From the NCBI GenBank assembly GCA_963728495.1, contig CAVSKI010000006.1, positions 104,489 through 168,488 of the forward strand: DNA of 64,000 nucleotides, written 5' to 3'. The translations under genes and the position numbers were made by a program. Positions 17,922-26,893 of this stretch are shown here, piece after piece. A model generated the notes under the pieces. The model searched no databases and was not told the origin of the DNA. It saw nothing but the letters and a program-made list of their open reading frames with translations. The stretch comes from an uncultured Thermoleophilaceae bacterium. GTDB lineage: Bacteria > Actinomycetota > Thermoleophilia > Solirubrobacterales > Thermoleophilaceae. Each line of letters starts with the position of its first letter. Positions within the stretch are counted from its first letter, which is position 1.

Positions 17922-18233
17922 GTGGTTAACGATCCGTTCAAGGCGCTCTCGCACCCGATCCGCCGGGGCATCGTCGAGCGTCTCGCCGAGGGCCCGGCGA
18001 CGGTGGGTGACGCCACCGGCGGCTTCGGAGTATCGAAGCCCGCGATCTCCAAGCACCTGAAGGTGCTGGAGGAAACCGGCGTCGTCACGCGCGTGGTCCA
18101 GGGCCGCACGCACCGGCTCTCGCTGGACACCCATGCTCTGAGCGAGGCAGCCGATTGGATGGATCGCCAGCGCGCCCTATGGGGGCGCCTGTTCGACGTA
18201 GTCGACGAGTACCTAAAGGAGGACAAGCCGTAA
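17922..18233 (+). CDS. ArsR/SmtB-family transcriptional regulator
   Basis: FKALSHPIRRGIVERLAEGPATVGDATGGFGVSKPAISKHLKVLEETGVV. Confidence 0.85.
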   Translation: MVNDPFKALSHPIRRGIVERLAEGPATVGDATGGFGVSKPAISKHLKVLEETGVVTRVVQGRTHRLSLDTHALSEAADWMDRQRALWGRLFDVVDEYLKEDKP

Positions 18234-18904
18234 TGAATTCCCCACCGATCGTGTCGCCAGAGGAGTGGCAGGCCGCGCGCGACGAGCTGCTGGTGAAGGA
18301 GAAGAAGTTCACCCGCGCGCGCGACGCGCTGGCCGCTGAGCGCCGCCGGATGCCGAGGATGGCGGTGGACAAGCAGTACGCCTTCGAGGGGCCAGACGGC
18401 CCCGCCGGCCTGCTCGACCTGTTCGACGGCCGCCGCCAGCTGATCGTCTATCGCTTCTTCTATGAGCCCGGGGTGGACGGCTGGCCCGAGCGCGGCTGCG
18501 GCGGCTGCTCGTTCCTGGCCGACCAGGTAGCCGACCTCTCCCACCTGAACGCGCGCGACACCACCCTCGTGTTCGTGTCACGCGCCCCGCAGGCGGACAT
18601 CGAGCGCTGGAAGACGCGGATGGGCTGGAACATCCCTTGGTACACACTGACCGACGACTTCGACGCGGACTTCGGCGTCGACGAGTGGCACGGCACCAAC
18701 GCCTTCTTTCACGACGGCGACCGGATCTTCCGCACCTACTTCATCGACAGCCGAGGCGACGAGGCGATGGGCACCACCTGGAGCTACCTCGACATGACCG
18801 CGCTGGGGCGCCAAGAGGAATGGGAGGACTCGCCTGAGGGCTACCCGCAGACCCCGCCGTACCAGTGGTGGAACTTCCACGACGCGTACGGGGATGCCGC
18901 GTGA
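18233..18904 (+). CDS. DUF899 thioredoxin-like family protein
   Basis: The ATG overlaps the ArsR stop (TAATG). MNSPPIVSPEEWQAARDELLVKEKKFTRARDALAAERRRMP plus the CGGCS motif are typical of DUF899. Confidence 0.85.
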   Translation: MNSPPIVSPEEWQAARDELLVKEKKFTRARDALAAERRRMPRMAVDKQYAFEGPDGPAGLLDLFDGRRQLIVYRFFYEPGVDGWPERGCGGCSFLADQVADLSHLNARDTTLVFVSRAPQADIERWKTRMGWNIPWYTLTDDFDADFGVDEWHGTNAFFHDGDRIFRTYFIDSRGDEAMGTTWSYLDMTALGRQEEWEDSPEGYPQTPPYQWWNFHDAYGDAA

Positions 18905-19032
18905 TAGCTCACGTCGGAGGCGTGCCGGTCGAAGAGCTCCTGCCATCGGCCGGTGCCGCGGCCACCGGCCTCCTCCTCGCGCGCGCATGGGTCATGCTGC
19001 ATCTGCGACGCCGACGGGAGCCCGAGACATGA
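18901..19032 (+). CDS. 43-codon micro-ORF (small hydrophobic peptide), not in the ORF track
   Basis: GTGA overlap with the DUF899 stop and ATGA overlap with the next start. Reads VIAHVGGVPVEELLPSAGAAATGLLLARAWVMLHLRRRREPET. Confidence 0.4.
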   Translation: MIAHVGGVPVEELLPSAGAAATGLLLARAWVMLHLRRRREPET

Positions 19033-19463
19033 GCGACACCACGCTGCGCATGGAGCGCACCTTTCAAGCACCGGCCCAAGCGGTTTTCGACGCCTGGACC
19101 AGCGAGGAGGTGATGCGGCGCTGGTGGCACGCCGAGCACGACTGGGAGACCACAGAGGCCGAGGTCGACCTGCGCGTGGGCGGCGCCGTACGCGTGGTGA
19201 TGCGCAACCCCCACGAGGATGTCGAGTACGGCGGCGGCGGCAAGTACACGGAGATCGAGCCCCCGACCCGGCTGGCGTTCACCTGGATCTGGGACGGCGA
19301 CGACACGCGACAGCTGATCGAGCTCGACTTCGAGGAGACCGAGGGCGCCACCAAGGTCCACTTCACCCACAGCGACCTGTGGGACGAGGAGGCAGTGCGC
19401 TCGCACGAGGACGGCTGGGGCAAGGCCTTCGACAACCTCGACCGCACGCTCGCGGGGGCGTGA
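19029..19463 (+). CDS. SRPBCC/AHSA1-domain protein
   Basis: MSDTTLRMERTFQAPAQAVFDAWTSEEVMRRWW..FTWIW is the classic ArsR-linked Aha1-like family. Confidence 0.85.
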   Translation: MSDTTLRMERTFQAPAQAVFDAWTSEEVMRRWWHAEHDWETTEAEVDLRVGGAVRVVMRNPHEDVEYGGGGKYTEIEPPTRLAFTWIWDGDDTRQLIELDFEETEGATKVHFTHSDLWDEEAVRSHEDGWGKAFDNLDRTLAGA

Positions 19464-20264
19464 CACCGAGCACGGCCCGATCCGGAAGCGCAGCCCGCTG
19501 GGGACCGCTCTGGAGCTATCGCGCCGGCGATTGGGCCGCCTGCGAGGAGCAGCAGCGCCCCACCTACCAGGAGGCAATCAGGCGCGTCGGAGTTGAACCC
19601 GGCCGACGCGTCCTCGACATCGGATGTGGCGCAGGAGTGTTCCTCGAGCTCGCCTCCGATCGTGGTGCACAGGTCTTCGGGATCGACGCCTCGGAGGCGC
19701 TGCTCGAGCTCGCGCGAAAGCGCCTGACTGAGGCCGACCTGCGCCATGGCGACATGCAGGTCCTGCCCTACGAGGACGACTCCTTCGACCTGGTCACCGG
19801 CTTCAACTCGTTCTTCTACGCGCAGGACATGGTCGCCGCCCTGCGCGAGGCCGGCCGCGTGGCCCGGCCCGGCGCGCCCGTCGTGATCCAGGTCTTCGGG
19901 GCGCCCGAGCGCTGCGACCTGGAAGCGGTCAAGGTGGTCACCCGCCCGTACATGCCCGCCCCTCCCCCAGGAGCGCCCTCCGCCCCGGAGCTGTGGCGGC
20001 CCGGCGTGCTGGAGCAGCTGGTCGAAGCGGCCGGACTGAAACCGCGCGAGACGTTCGACTTCGGCTATGCGGTCGAATATCCCGACGCGGAGACGGCGGG
20101 GCGCCTGCTGGTCGCACCCGCGGGGATCGCCAGGCTCGTGGGCCCGGAGCGTGAAGCGGCCGTCCGGAGCGAGGATCATCGAGGCGTTGGCACCCTTGCG
20201 CGACTCCCAGGGCTCCTACCGCCTACACAACGAATTTCACTACCTCGTGGCCACTGCGGCCTGA
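19460..20264 (+). CDS. Class I SAM-dependent methyltransferase, apparent frameshift near 20165-20180
   Basis: GTGA overlap with the previous stop. Motif I is VLDIGCGAGVF. The C-terminus RIIEALAPLRDSQGSYRLHNEFHYLVATAA* lies in ORF 20067-20264, while the long read-through to 20581 runs antisense to the LAL gene. Confidence 0.7.
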
Positions 20265-20269
20265 GCAAT

Positions 20270-23176
20270 CTAGGCGCCGAGGCCGTCCGCGCGCTCGACG
20301 GTGCGGGCAACCTCGACGCGAGAGGAAACATCGAGCTTGCGAAAGATGTTGCGCATGTGCGTCTCGACGGTGCTGGGACTGAGGAAGAGAGCATCCGCGA
20401 TCTCCGGGTTGGTCCTACGGTCGACGACGAGTTGCGCCACCTGCAGCTCACGCTCCGTCAGCGACGCCACACCACCTTCACCGCGTTTGCCGGGCCGGGT
20501 GCGCCGGTGCACGTGATGGCCGAGCCTCCGCAGCTCCCGGTCGGCCGCGGCCCGGTATCTGAGCGCGCCACAATCGTGTAGCCCGGCGGCGGCGCGCTGC
20601 AGTTCGGCGACCGCATGCTCGCTGTGTCCGGCTTGCGCGAGCGCGCAGCCGGCGAGCGTCCGCGAGAGGCATGCCTCAACGGGGGCGGCAACCTCGTCGG
20701 CGGCATCCGCGGAGGCGAGTGAGCGCTCGGCGGCGGCATCCGGATCGCCCGCGTTGAGCGCAACGGCCGCCGCCGCGCGGTCGGCCATCGAATCCGCCAT
20801 GCGCAGCCTCAGGGCCGCGGCGGAGCTCCCCGCGCTTTCGGCGGCGCGTGCGGCCTCGCTCCCGCGCCCGAGCGCGAGCAGGCAGCGCGTGAGCAGCTCC
20901 AGCGACCTTGTCCTGAACACTCCCGGGATGAGCGGAAGGTCCTCGCCGCCCGAGGACTCAACGAGGAGATCGGCGGCGCGCTGGGGATCGCCCTGCTCGA
21001 GGAGCGCGGCGGCGCCCGCCACCCCCGCCGCGCAGACGAGGCTCTGATCCAGCCCCTGGGTCAGCTCGACGTTTTCCTCCGCCGTGGCGAGGGCCAGCTC
21101 GAGGTCGCCGGCGGCGAGCGCCGTGAGCGAGCGATTGACGAGGTTCCCCGCGAGGGCCTGCACGTTGCCCGACAGCCGTGCACCCTCCACGGCGTCGTCC
21201 AGCAGCTCGCCGGCTGCCGCGAGCTGCCCCTGCAGCAATCTCGCCTGCCCGAGGATCGAATACGGAAGCGGGATGTACTCGCTCTGCCCCGTGGCCCGAG
21301 CCACGGACAGCGCTCGCTGGGCGTGCGCCCCCGCCTCCTCGTAGCGATCGAGGTAGAGGTCGGCGCCGGCCAGGTTGGCGGCGGCGTCGAGCCGAAGGGC
21401 GAGTTCGGTGTCGTCCAGGTCTGCGACCAGCCTGGCCGCCTCCAAACGGTGGAGCTCACCCTCTTCCGTGGCTCCGCCGGCTGCGTTCCCGAACGCGAGC
21501 AGGGCCACCGCGGCTGCGGTCAGCGGTCCGTCGCCAAGCGGCCGTGCTGTGCTCAGCGCCTGCTGTGCGCAGCGGCGCATGCGCTCGTAGTCCATGCGGA
21601 AGAACCCGTCCATCGCGAGTTCGATCAGGAGCGCCGCCGCCTCGGGCGAGCCCGGATCGGACAGCCCGTCCATCGCGCCGGCCAGTCGGGCGTGCGCCTG
21701 CTCGTGGTGGCCCAGCAGGTGTTCCACCCCGGCACAGGCCGTGGTGAGGCGCACCCTCAACGCGACCGCATCGGACGGGACGAGTTCGATGCTCTCCAGC
21801 AGTGCGGCGTGCCCTTCGGCGAACTGGCCCGTCCCGACAAGGGCTCTCGCGCGCGCGAGCAGCAGCTCCACCCGCAGCTCGGCGGGAGCGTCGTCGGGCA
21901 GGAGCCGCAGCGCTCCCCCAAACCAGGCCGCGGCGCTCGCGGGAGCACGAAGGGCTGCCGCTTCCCCAGCCTCACGCAGGGTCGCGACGCCCGCCGCGTC
22001 TCCCTTGGGCGCGGAGCGCTCGACATGATGCGCGCGCTCTGGCGCCGGTGCCCCACGCGCGCTGAGCGTCAGGGCACTGCGCGCGTGTGCGCCCAGGCGC
22101 CAGCCGGGCGGTGTCAACTCGTAGACGGCCCGCCGAACGATCGGATGGCGGAAGCGAAAGCGGCGTGGCACCTCGGTCTCGCGAACGAGATCGAGGCGCA
22201 ACAGCTCGTCGAGGGCCTTGAGCATTGACGCCTCTGGGATTGCCGCGGCGGCCGCCGCCAGCTCGGGCTCGAATGGGTCGCCGACCACCGCCGCCCCCTC
22301 GAGCGCGCGTCGCGCCCCATCCGAGAGCAGAGCGAACTCCTCGGCCAGCGCGAAGCCAACCGCCGGCGGCACGTCGAGGTCCTTCGGCGAGGGATCGGGC
22401 CCGCCTTCCTTGCGCTCGCGAGCCAACGATCGGACGAGCTGCTCGAGATAGAACGGGTTGCCGCCGCTCTCCTCGTAGAGAGCGCTCGCGGCGGCCTGAT
22501 CGACTGCTTCGCCGAGGAGCTCGTCAGCCTCGTCCTGCGTCAGAACGTCCACATCGACGCTGAGCAGCGTGCCTGCATGCCGGCTGCGTTCCAGCGCCGC
22601 GGCCACGCGCTCCGAAGCTTGACGCGGTCGGACAGCCAGCGCCAGGAGCACAGCGGCGTCCGGCGGGCGCCGCAACAGCGCGCCGAGCAGCTCCACTGAT
22701 CCAGGGTCAGCCCAGTGGAGATCGTCGAGCGCGAGCACAAGCGGCCTGGGGCCCGTGAGACGCTCGAGCAGCTCGCGTACGGCGCGGTAGCTGCGGTAGC
22801 GCTCGTGCTGGAACGCGGCTTCGCCCGTCGCGAGCCGAGAGAGCGACGGAAAGACACGGGCGAGCTCGGTGCGAACGTCCGCGTCGAGTGCCTCGAGACG
22901 ATCCGGCCGAAGGCCTTGAACGTACTCGTCGAGCGCGTCGACGAACAACCAGAAGGGCAGATCCCGCTCGAGCTCCGTTGCCGATCCGTAGAGCACGAGG
23001 TGCCCACGCGTGTCCGCCCGTGCAGAGAGCTCCCCGAGGAGGCGGGTCTTGCCGATGCCGGGCTCACCCACCAACGCGACCGCGGCCGATCGCCCCCGGT
23101 CGATCTCCTCAAGCGCGTGCTCGAACACATCGCACGCCTCGGAGCGCCCGACGAGATGCTCGGCCATCGAGACCAC
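20270..23176 (-). CDS. LAL-type regulator (N-terminal AAA/STAND ATPase, helical repeats, C-terminal LuxR HTH)
   Basis: Walker A GEPGIGKTRLL, Walker B LVLALDDLHWAD, and C-terminal LTERELQVAQLVVDRRTNPEIADALFLSPSTVETHMRNIFRKLDV. Confidence 0.9.
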   Translation of the reverse strand: MVSMAEHLVGRSEACDVFEHALEEIDRGRSAAVALVGEPGIGKTRLLGELSARADTRGHLVLYGSATELERDLPFWLFVDALDEYVQGLRPDRLEALDADVRTELARVFPSLSRLATGEAAFQHERYRSYRAVRELLERLTGPRPLVLALDDLHWADPGSVELLGALLRRPPDAAVLLALAVRPRQASERVAAALERSRHAGTLLSVDVDVLTQDEADELLGEAVDQAAASALYEESGGNPFYLEQLVRSLARERKEGGPDPSPKDLDVPPAVGFALAEEFALLSDGARRALEGAAVVGDPFEPELAAAAAAIPEASMLKALDELLRLDLVRETEVPRRFRFRHPIVRRAVYELTPPGWRLGAHARSALTLSARGAPAPERAHHVERSAPKGDAAGVATLREAGEAAALRAPASAAAWFGGALRLLPDDAPAELRVELLLARARALVGTGQFAEGHAALLESIELVPSDAVALRVRLTTACAGVEHLLGHHEQAHARLAGAMDGLSDPGSPEAAALLIELAMDGFFRMDYERMRRCAQQALSTARPLGDGPLTAAAVALLAFGNAAGGATEEGELHRLEAARLVADLDDTELALRLDAAANLAGADLYLDRYEEAGAHAQRALSVARATGQSEYIPLPYSILGQARLLQGQLAAAGELLDDAVEGARLSGNVQALAGNLVNRSLTALAAGDLELALATAEENVELTQGLDQSLVCAAGVAGAAALLEQGDPQRAADLLVESSGGEDLPLIPGVFRTRSLELLTRCLLALGRGSEAARAAESAGSSAAALRLRMADSMADRAAAAVALNAGDPDAAAERSLASADAADEVAAPVEACLSRTLAGCALAQAGHSEHAVAELQRAAAGLHDCGALRYRAAADRELRRLGHHVHRRTRPGKRGEGGVASLTERELQVAQLVVDRRTNPEIADALFLSPSTVETHMRNIFRKLDVSSRVEVARTVERADGLGA

Positions 23177-23272
23177 TTTCGTTCGCCCGCGAGCATATGT
23201 CAGAAACCCGCGCCGAAAAGATCATGGTGTTCCATGGATGTCGACGCGCCGACGGCGCGTCAGGCTCGCCTC

Positions 23273-23515
23273 ATGCCCCGTTACGTGCTCTCTCACCGCC
23301 ACGAGGCGCACGAGTGCGGTGTCGTCTTCGCCTCCTTCAAGGGGCATAAGAGCCCGCTTCGCCGCAGGACAACCCTCGCCTCTTGCCGCGCCGGCGGGCA
23401 CGCGATCTGGTGGACCGTGGACGCCGAGTCCGAAGCCGAAGCGCTCGGATTGCTCCCGTTCTATGTCGCGGAGCGCACAACCGCGGCTCTCGTCACCGCC
23501 GTCGACATTCCATGA
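23273..23515 (+). CDS. Small His/Cys-rich protein, unknown function
   Basis: MPRYVLSHRHEAHECGVVFASFKGHKSPLRRRTTLASCRAGGHAIWW... An alternative ATG lies at 23234. The rest of ORF 22715-23515 is antisense shadow of the LAL gene. Confidence 0.5.
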   Translation: MPRYVLSHRHEAHECGVVFASFKGHKSPLRRRTTLASCRAGGHAIWWTVDAESEAEALGLLPFYVAERTTAALVTAVDIP

Positions 23516-24276
23516 AAGGACTACCCGTGACCCCGTCCGCCGCCGGCCAGACTCGCCCCTTCAGCCCCGGCGAGCTCGCCTTCCTCATCGGAGTGCCGCT
23601 CCTCTGGGCTGTTCTGCTTCTGTTCCATCCCGGCGGGGAGGGAACCGGGGTCTCCTATGTCGAGCTCCAGGACAAGGTCACAGCTTGGCTCGTGGTCCAC
23701 CTCGGGATGATGATCTTCATCCCCCTGATCGCCGTGGTGGTCCTTCTGCTCTTGCGCGGTGTCGAAGGCACCGCGGCCCGAATCAGCCGGATAGCGCTAG
23801 TGCCCTTCGTGATCTTTTACAGCGCCTGGGAGTCGCTGCAAGGGATCGGCGTCGGCATTCTCGTCGACGAGGTCAACGATCTCCCGCAAGCCGAGCGGGC
23901 GACGGGCGCCGACCTGGTTCCCGACTTCGCCGACAACATCCTTATTCGCAACTTCGGTGTGTTCGGCAACATCGGAAGCCTCTCGTTGATCATCGCCATG
24001 ATCGCCGCCGGCGTTGCCCTCCGCCGCCACGCCGGAGCGCCGTTCGCCGTGGCGGCCCTGCTCGGCGTCTCCGGCTTCCTGGTCACCGCCCACCCACCGC
24101 CCTTCGGACCGACCGGGCTCGCGCTCTTCATCGTCGCCGTCCTGTTGTTCGTGCGCGGTGAGAGACCCTCAGTCCAGCCTGACCGGGTAGGCCAAAGGGC
24201 TCGAAGACGGCCCCGACCTCCGCCGCGTCCGCCGGCTGCTCGGGCCAGCGCTCGTAGAAGTCAACATCGCGACTGA
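23512..24276 (+). CDS. Polytopic membrane protein, unknown family
   Basis: ATGA overlap with the previous stop and about 6 hydrophobic helices. The last 40-50 codons are Arg/Pro-rich and overlap the convergent sigma gene, so the true stop is uncertain. Confidence 0.6.
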   Translation: MKGLPVTPSAAGQTRPFSPGELAFLIGVPLLWAVLLLFHPGGEGTGVSYVELQDKVTAWLVVHLGMMIFIPLIAVVVLLLLRGVEGTAARISRIALVPFVIFYSAWESLQGIGVGILVDEVNDLPQAERATGADLVPDFADNILIRNFGVFGNIGSLSLIIAMIAAGVALRRHAGAPFAVAALLGVSGFLVTAHPPPFGPTGLALFIVAVLLFVRGERPSVQPDRVGQRARRRPRPPPRPPAARASARRSQHRD

Positions 24277-25285
24277 TGGTGGAGCGGGTGATGAAGGAGG
24301 TGACCTCCTTGATCTGTGCGCCGTCGAGGGTGAGCACGTCGAGCGCGAATGGGAGGTATGTCTGCTCGCCCTCGTGCCAGCAATAGCTGCCCACCGCCGC
24401 CTGTCCGTTGGCTCGCGCGGGGAGGTGGCGCCAGCGCCAGTCGCCGGACAGCGGGCCGCGGATCAGGAAGCCGGCGAGTGCGTCGTGACCGCTGAACCAG
24501 GCGGCCAGCGGCGGCATCGACCACGCGGCGTCCTCGGCCAGCATGGACACGACGGCATCGACGTCGCCCCGCTGCATCGCATCCATGTATCCCTGCACGA
24601 CCTCGCGCAGCCGCTCGTCGCCCAGTGAGCGCAGAGTGGCCTGCTGGCTGCGCTCGGGGAGTCGCTCCTCGATCGTCTTGCGGGCGCGTTGCAGGGCGCT
24701 GTTCACCGACGCGGTGGTCGTGTCGAGTGAGTCCGCGGTCTCCTGGGCCGAGAAGCCGAGCACCTCGCGCAGGATCAGCGCGGCGCGCTGGTTGGGCGGG
24801 AGGTGCTGAAGCGCCGCCACGAACGCCAGCTCCACGCTCTCGCGCACCTCGTAGCGCGCCTCGGGCGCGGCAAAGCCGTCCTCGAGGCCGAGGCCCTGGT
24901 CCGGATACGGCTCCACCCACACCGACTCCAGCGGCGGCAGGCCGATTCCGTCATGTGGATCGACGGAATCGAAGCTGTCGATCGGCAGCACCCGCTTGGG
25001 CCGGCGCGCGATCTGGTTGAGGCAGGTGTTGGTGGCGATCTTGTAGAGCCACGCCCTCAGTGAGCTGCGGCCCTCGAATCGCACCAGTCCGCGCCAGGCG
25101 CGCAGCAGGGCGTCCTGGAGAGCGTCCTCGGCATCGTGCAGCGAGCCGAGCATCCGGTAGCAATGGGCCTGGAGCTCCGAGCGATGGGGTTCGACAAGGC
25201 GCTGGTAGGCGCCCTCGTCTCCGCCCTGAGCCGCCTGGAGGAGCTCTCGATCGTGGCCGGGCGAGATGGCGTGGGCCGAGCTCAT
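24128..25285 (-). CDS. ECF sigma factor with C-terminal SnoaL/NTF2-like extension (SigG/TIGR02960-like)
   Basis: Start at MSSAHAISPGHDRELLQAAQGGDEGAYQRLVEPH. Region 2 is DALQDALLRAWRG..LRAWLYKIATNTCLN and region 4 is LPPNQRAALILREVLGFSAQETADSL. A roughly 150-aa tail follows. Confidence 0.85.
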   Translation of the reverse strand: MSSAHAISPGHDRELLQAAQGGDEGAYQRLVEPHRSELQAHCYRMLGSLHDAEDALQDALLRAWRGLVRFEGRSSLRAWLYKIATNTCLNQIARRPKRVLPIDSFDSVDPHDGIGLPPLESVWVEPYPDQGLGLEDGFAAPEARYEVRESVELAFVAALQHLPPNQRAALILREVLGFSAQETADSLDTTTASVNSALQRARKTIEERLPERSQQATLRSLGDERLREVVQGYMDAMQRGDVDAVVSMLAEDAAWSMPPLAAWFSGHDALAGFLIRGPLSGDWRWRHLPARANGQAAVGSYCWHEGEQTYLPFALDVLTLDGAQIKEVTSFITRSTISRDVDFYERWPEQPADAAEVGAVFEPFGLPGQAGLRVSHRARTTGRRR

Positions 25286-25309
25286 GTCCTGCACATTAGA
25301 TTGCCCTCC

Positions 25310-26893
25310 GTGGGCGCCGGTCGCAGACTGTCGTACGTGCTCATCGCGACGCTCGTGGCGGTGTGCTTCCCGGCGGCGACGGCAAGTGGTGCCGGAGCCG
25401 CCTCCTGCGCCCGGCTCGCGGCCCCGACCGGTCCGGTGATCGACGTCTCGCCCGCCCAGGCGGGCCGACTGGCGGACATCGTGGCCGGCGCTCCCCCGGG
25501 GGCCACGATCCGGCTCGCCGACGGCACCTACTCGGTGGGGACGATCACCATGCGCCGCCCGGGCGTGACCCTCCGCTCGGCCTCCGGCAATCCGAGCCGC
25601 GTCGTGCTCGATGCCCGCTACGGCCCGAGCGCCCTCATCCACCCCTTCGCAAACGACCTGACCGTGGCCGAGCTCACCCTCACCCACGCTCGCGACCACC
25701 TGGTTCACGCGTACCCGGCAGCGAGCGGCCCCGACCTGCGCGGGCTGCGCCTGTACCGGGTGCGGATGGTCGACAGCGGCGAGCAGTTCCTGAAGGTCAA
25801 CAGCAACGGGGCCCGCAGCGCCTGGGTCGATTCAGGGACCGTCGCCTGCTCACATTTCCTGATGACACCGGCGGGACGCACCAACATCGAGCGCGCCTTC
25901 GGCTGCTACACCGGCGGCATCGACGTGCACTCGGGGCGGGGCTGGCGGGTCCGCGACAGCACCTTCGAGGGGATCTACTGCGAGGACGGCGAGCTGGCCG
26001 AGCACGCTATCCACTTCTGGAAGGGAGCGCGCGCCACAGTCGTGGAGAACAACGTGATCGAGAACTGCGCGCGGGCCATCGGCTTCGGCCTGGGCGACTC
26101 AGGCGAAGGCCGGCCCTGGGCCGACGATCCCTACCCGGGCGTGGGGTACATCGGCCACTACGACGGCGTGATCCGGGGCAACTCGGTGCTGGCCGACATT
26201 TCGCAGTACGACACCGCCATCGAGCTCGCCCAGGCCAGGGGTACGCGGGTGCTTCACAACACGGTGGTCGAGACCGCGAGGGCCACCTCCTCGTTCAGCT
26301 CGCTCGACTACCGCTGGCCCAACACGAGGGTCGAGGTGGCCAACAACCTGACCCACCGGATAACCGCGCGCGACGGCGGCCAGGCCGCGCTCAGCCACAA
26401 CCTCGAGTCGTTCCCGCACGCATGGCTGGTTGACCCGCTTCGGGCCGACTTCCACCTGCGCCCCGGCCCGAACGGCGCACGTGACGGCGGGGTGGCGGTG
26501 GTCGGGGCCGGGCTCGACATCGACGGCCGCACGCGCGGCTACGGCCTGGCGCCGGACATCGGGGCCGACGAGTGGTCGCCGGCGGCGAAGAACAGGGTCG
26601 TTCTGCGCGTCAGAGGCGTGCGGCGAGCACGCGGCCGCTATTTCGCCCGTCGCAAGGAGGCCTTCCGAGTGATCGGGAGGCTCAGGCCGCGGCTGGCCGA
26701 CCAGAGTTTCATTGTCAGCTTTCGGCGTGGACGCCGGGTCAGGCGGGTGAAGGTGCGTACCGGGCCGAACGGCACCTTCGCGGCTCGCTACCGGCCGCTC
26801 CGGGGCGGCTGGATCACGATCCGAGCGGCCCACCGGCGGACCGCGGCGCTGGACGCCGTCAGGTCGCGCCGCGTACGCGTGCTTGTGCGCTAG
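25310..26893 (+). CDS. Secreted right-handed beta-helix repeat protein with Arg-rich C-terminal domain
   Basis: Signal GAGRRLSYVLIATLVAVCFPAATASGAGA. Repeated NN/beta-helix-like turns (VVENNVIENCARAIGFG, VLHNTVVE, VANNLTH). The start could be GTG 25310 or TTG 25301. Confidence 0.7.
   Translation: MGAGRRLSYVLIATLVAVCFPAATASGAGAASCARLAAPTGPVIDVSPAQAGRLADIVAGAPPGATIRLADGTYSVGTITMRRPGVTLRSASGNPSRVVLDARYGPSALIHPFANDLTVAELTLTHARDHLVHAYPAASGPDLRGLRLYRVRMVDSGEQFLKVNSNGARSAWVDSGTVACSHFLMTPAGRTNIERAFGCYTGGIDVHSGRGWRVRDSTFEGIYCEDGELAEHAIHFWKGARATVVENNVIENCARAIGFGLGDSGEGRPWADDPYPGVGYIGHYDGVIRGNSVLADISQYDTAIELAQARGTRVLHNTVVETARATSSFSSLDYRWPNTRVEVANNLTHRITARDGGQAALSHNLESFPHAWLVDPLRADFHLRPGPNGARDGGVAVVGAGLDIDGRTRGYGLAPDIGADEWSPAAKNRVVLRVRGVRRARGRYFARRKEAFRVIGRLRPRLADQSFIVSFRRGRRVRRVKVRTGPNGTFAARYRPLRGGWITIRAAHRRTAALDAVRSRRVRVLVR

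Noticed and set aside
18953-20581. 542-aa ORF spanning SRPBCC to the LAL gene
   Set aside because: It is a composite. The first ~170 codons are an out-of-frame reading of the SRPBCC gene, the middle is the real methyltransferase, and the last ~100 codons read antisense through the LAL gene after a frameshift.
22715-23233. Upstream part of ORF 22715-23515
   Set aside because: It is antisense to the N-terminal ATPase domain of the LAL regulator. Only the final 81-94 codons, downstream of the LAL start, look like a gene.
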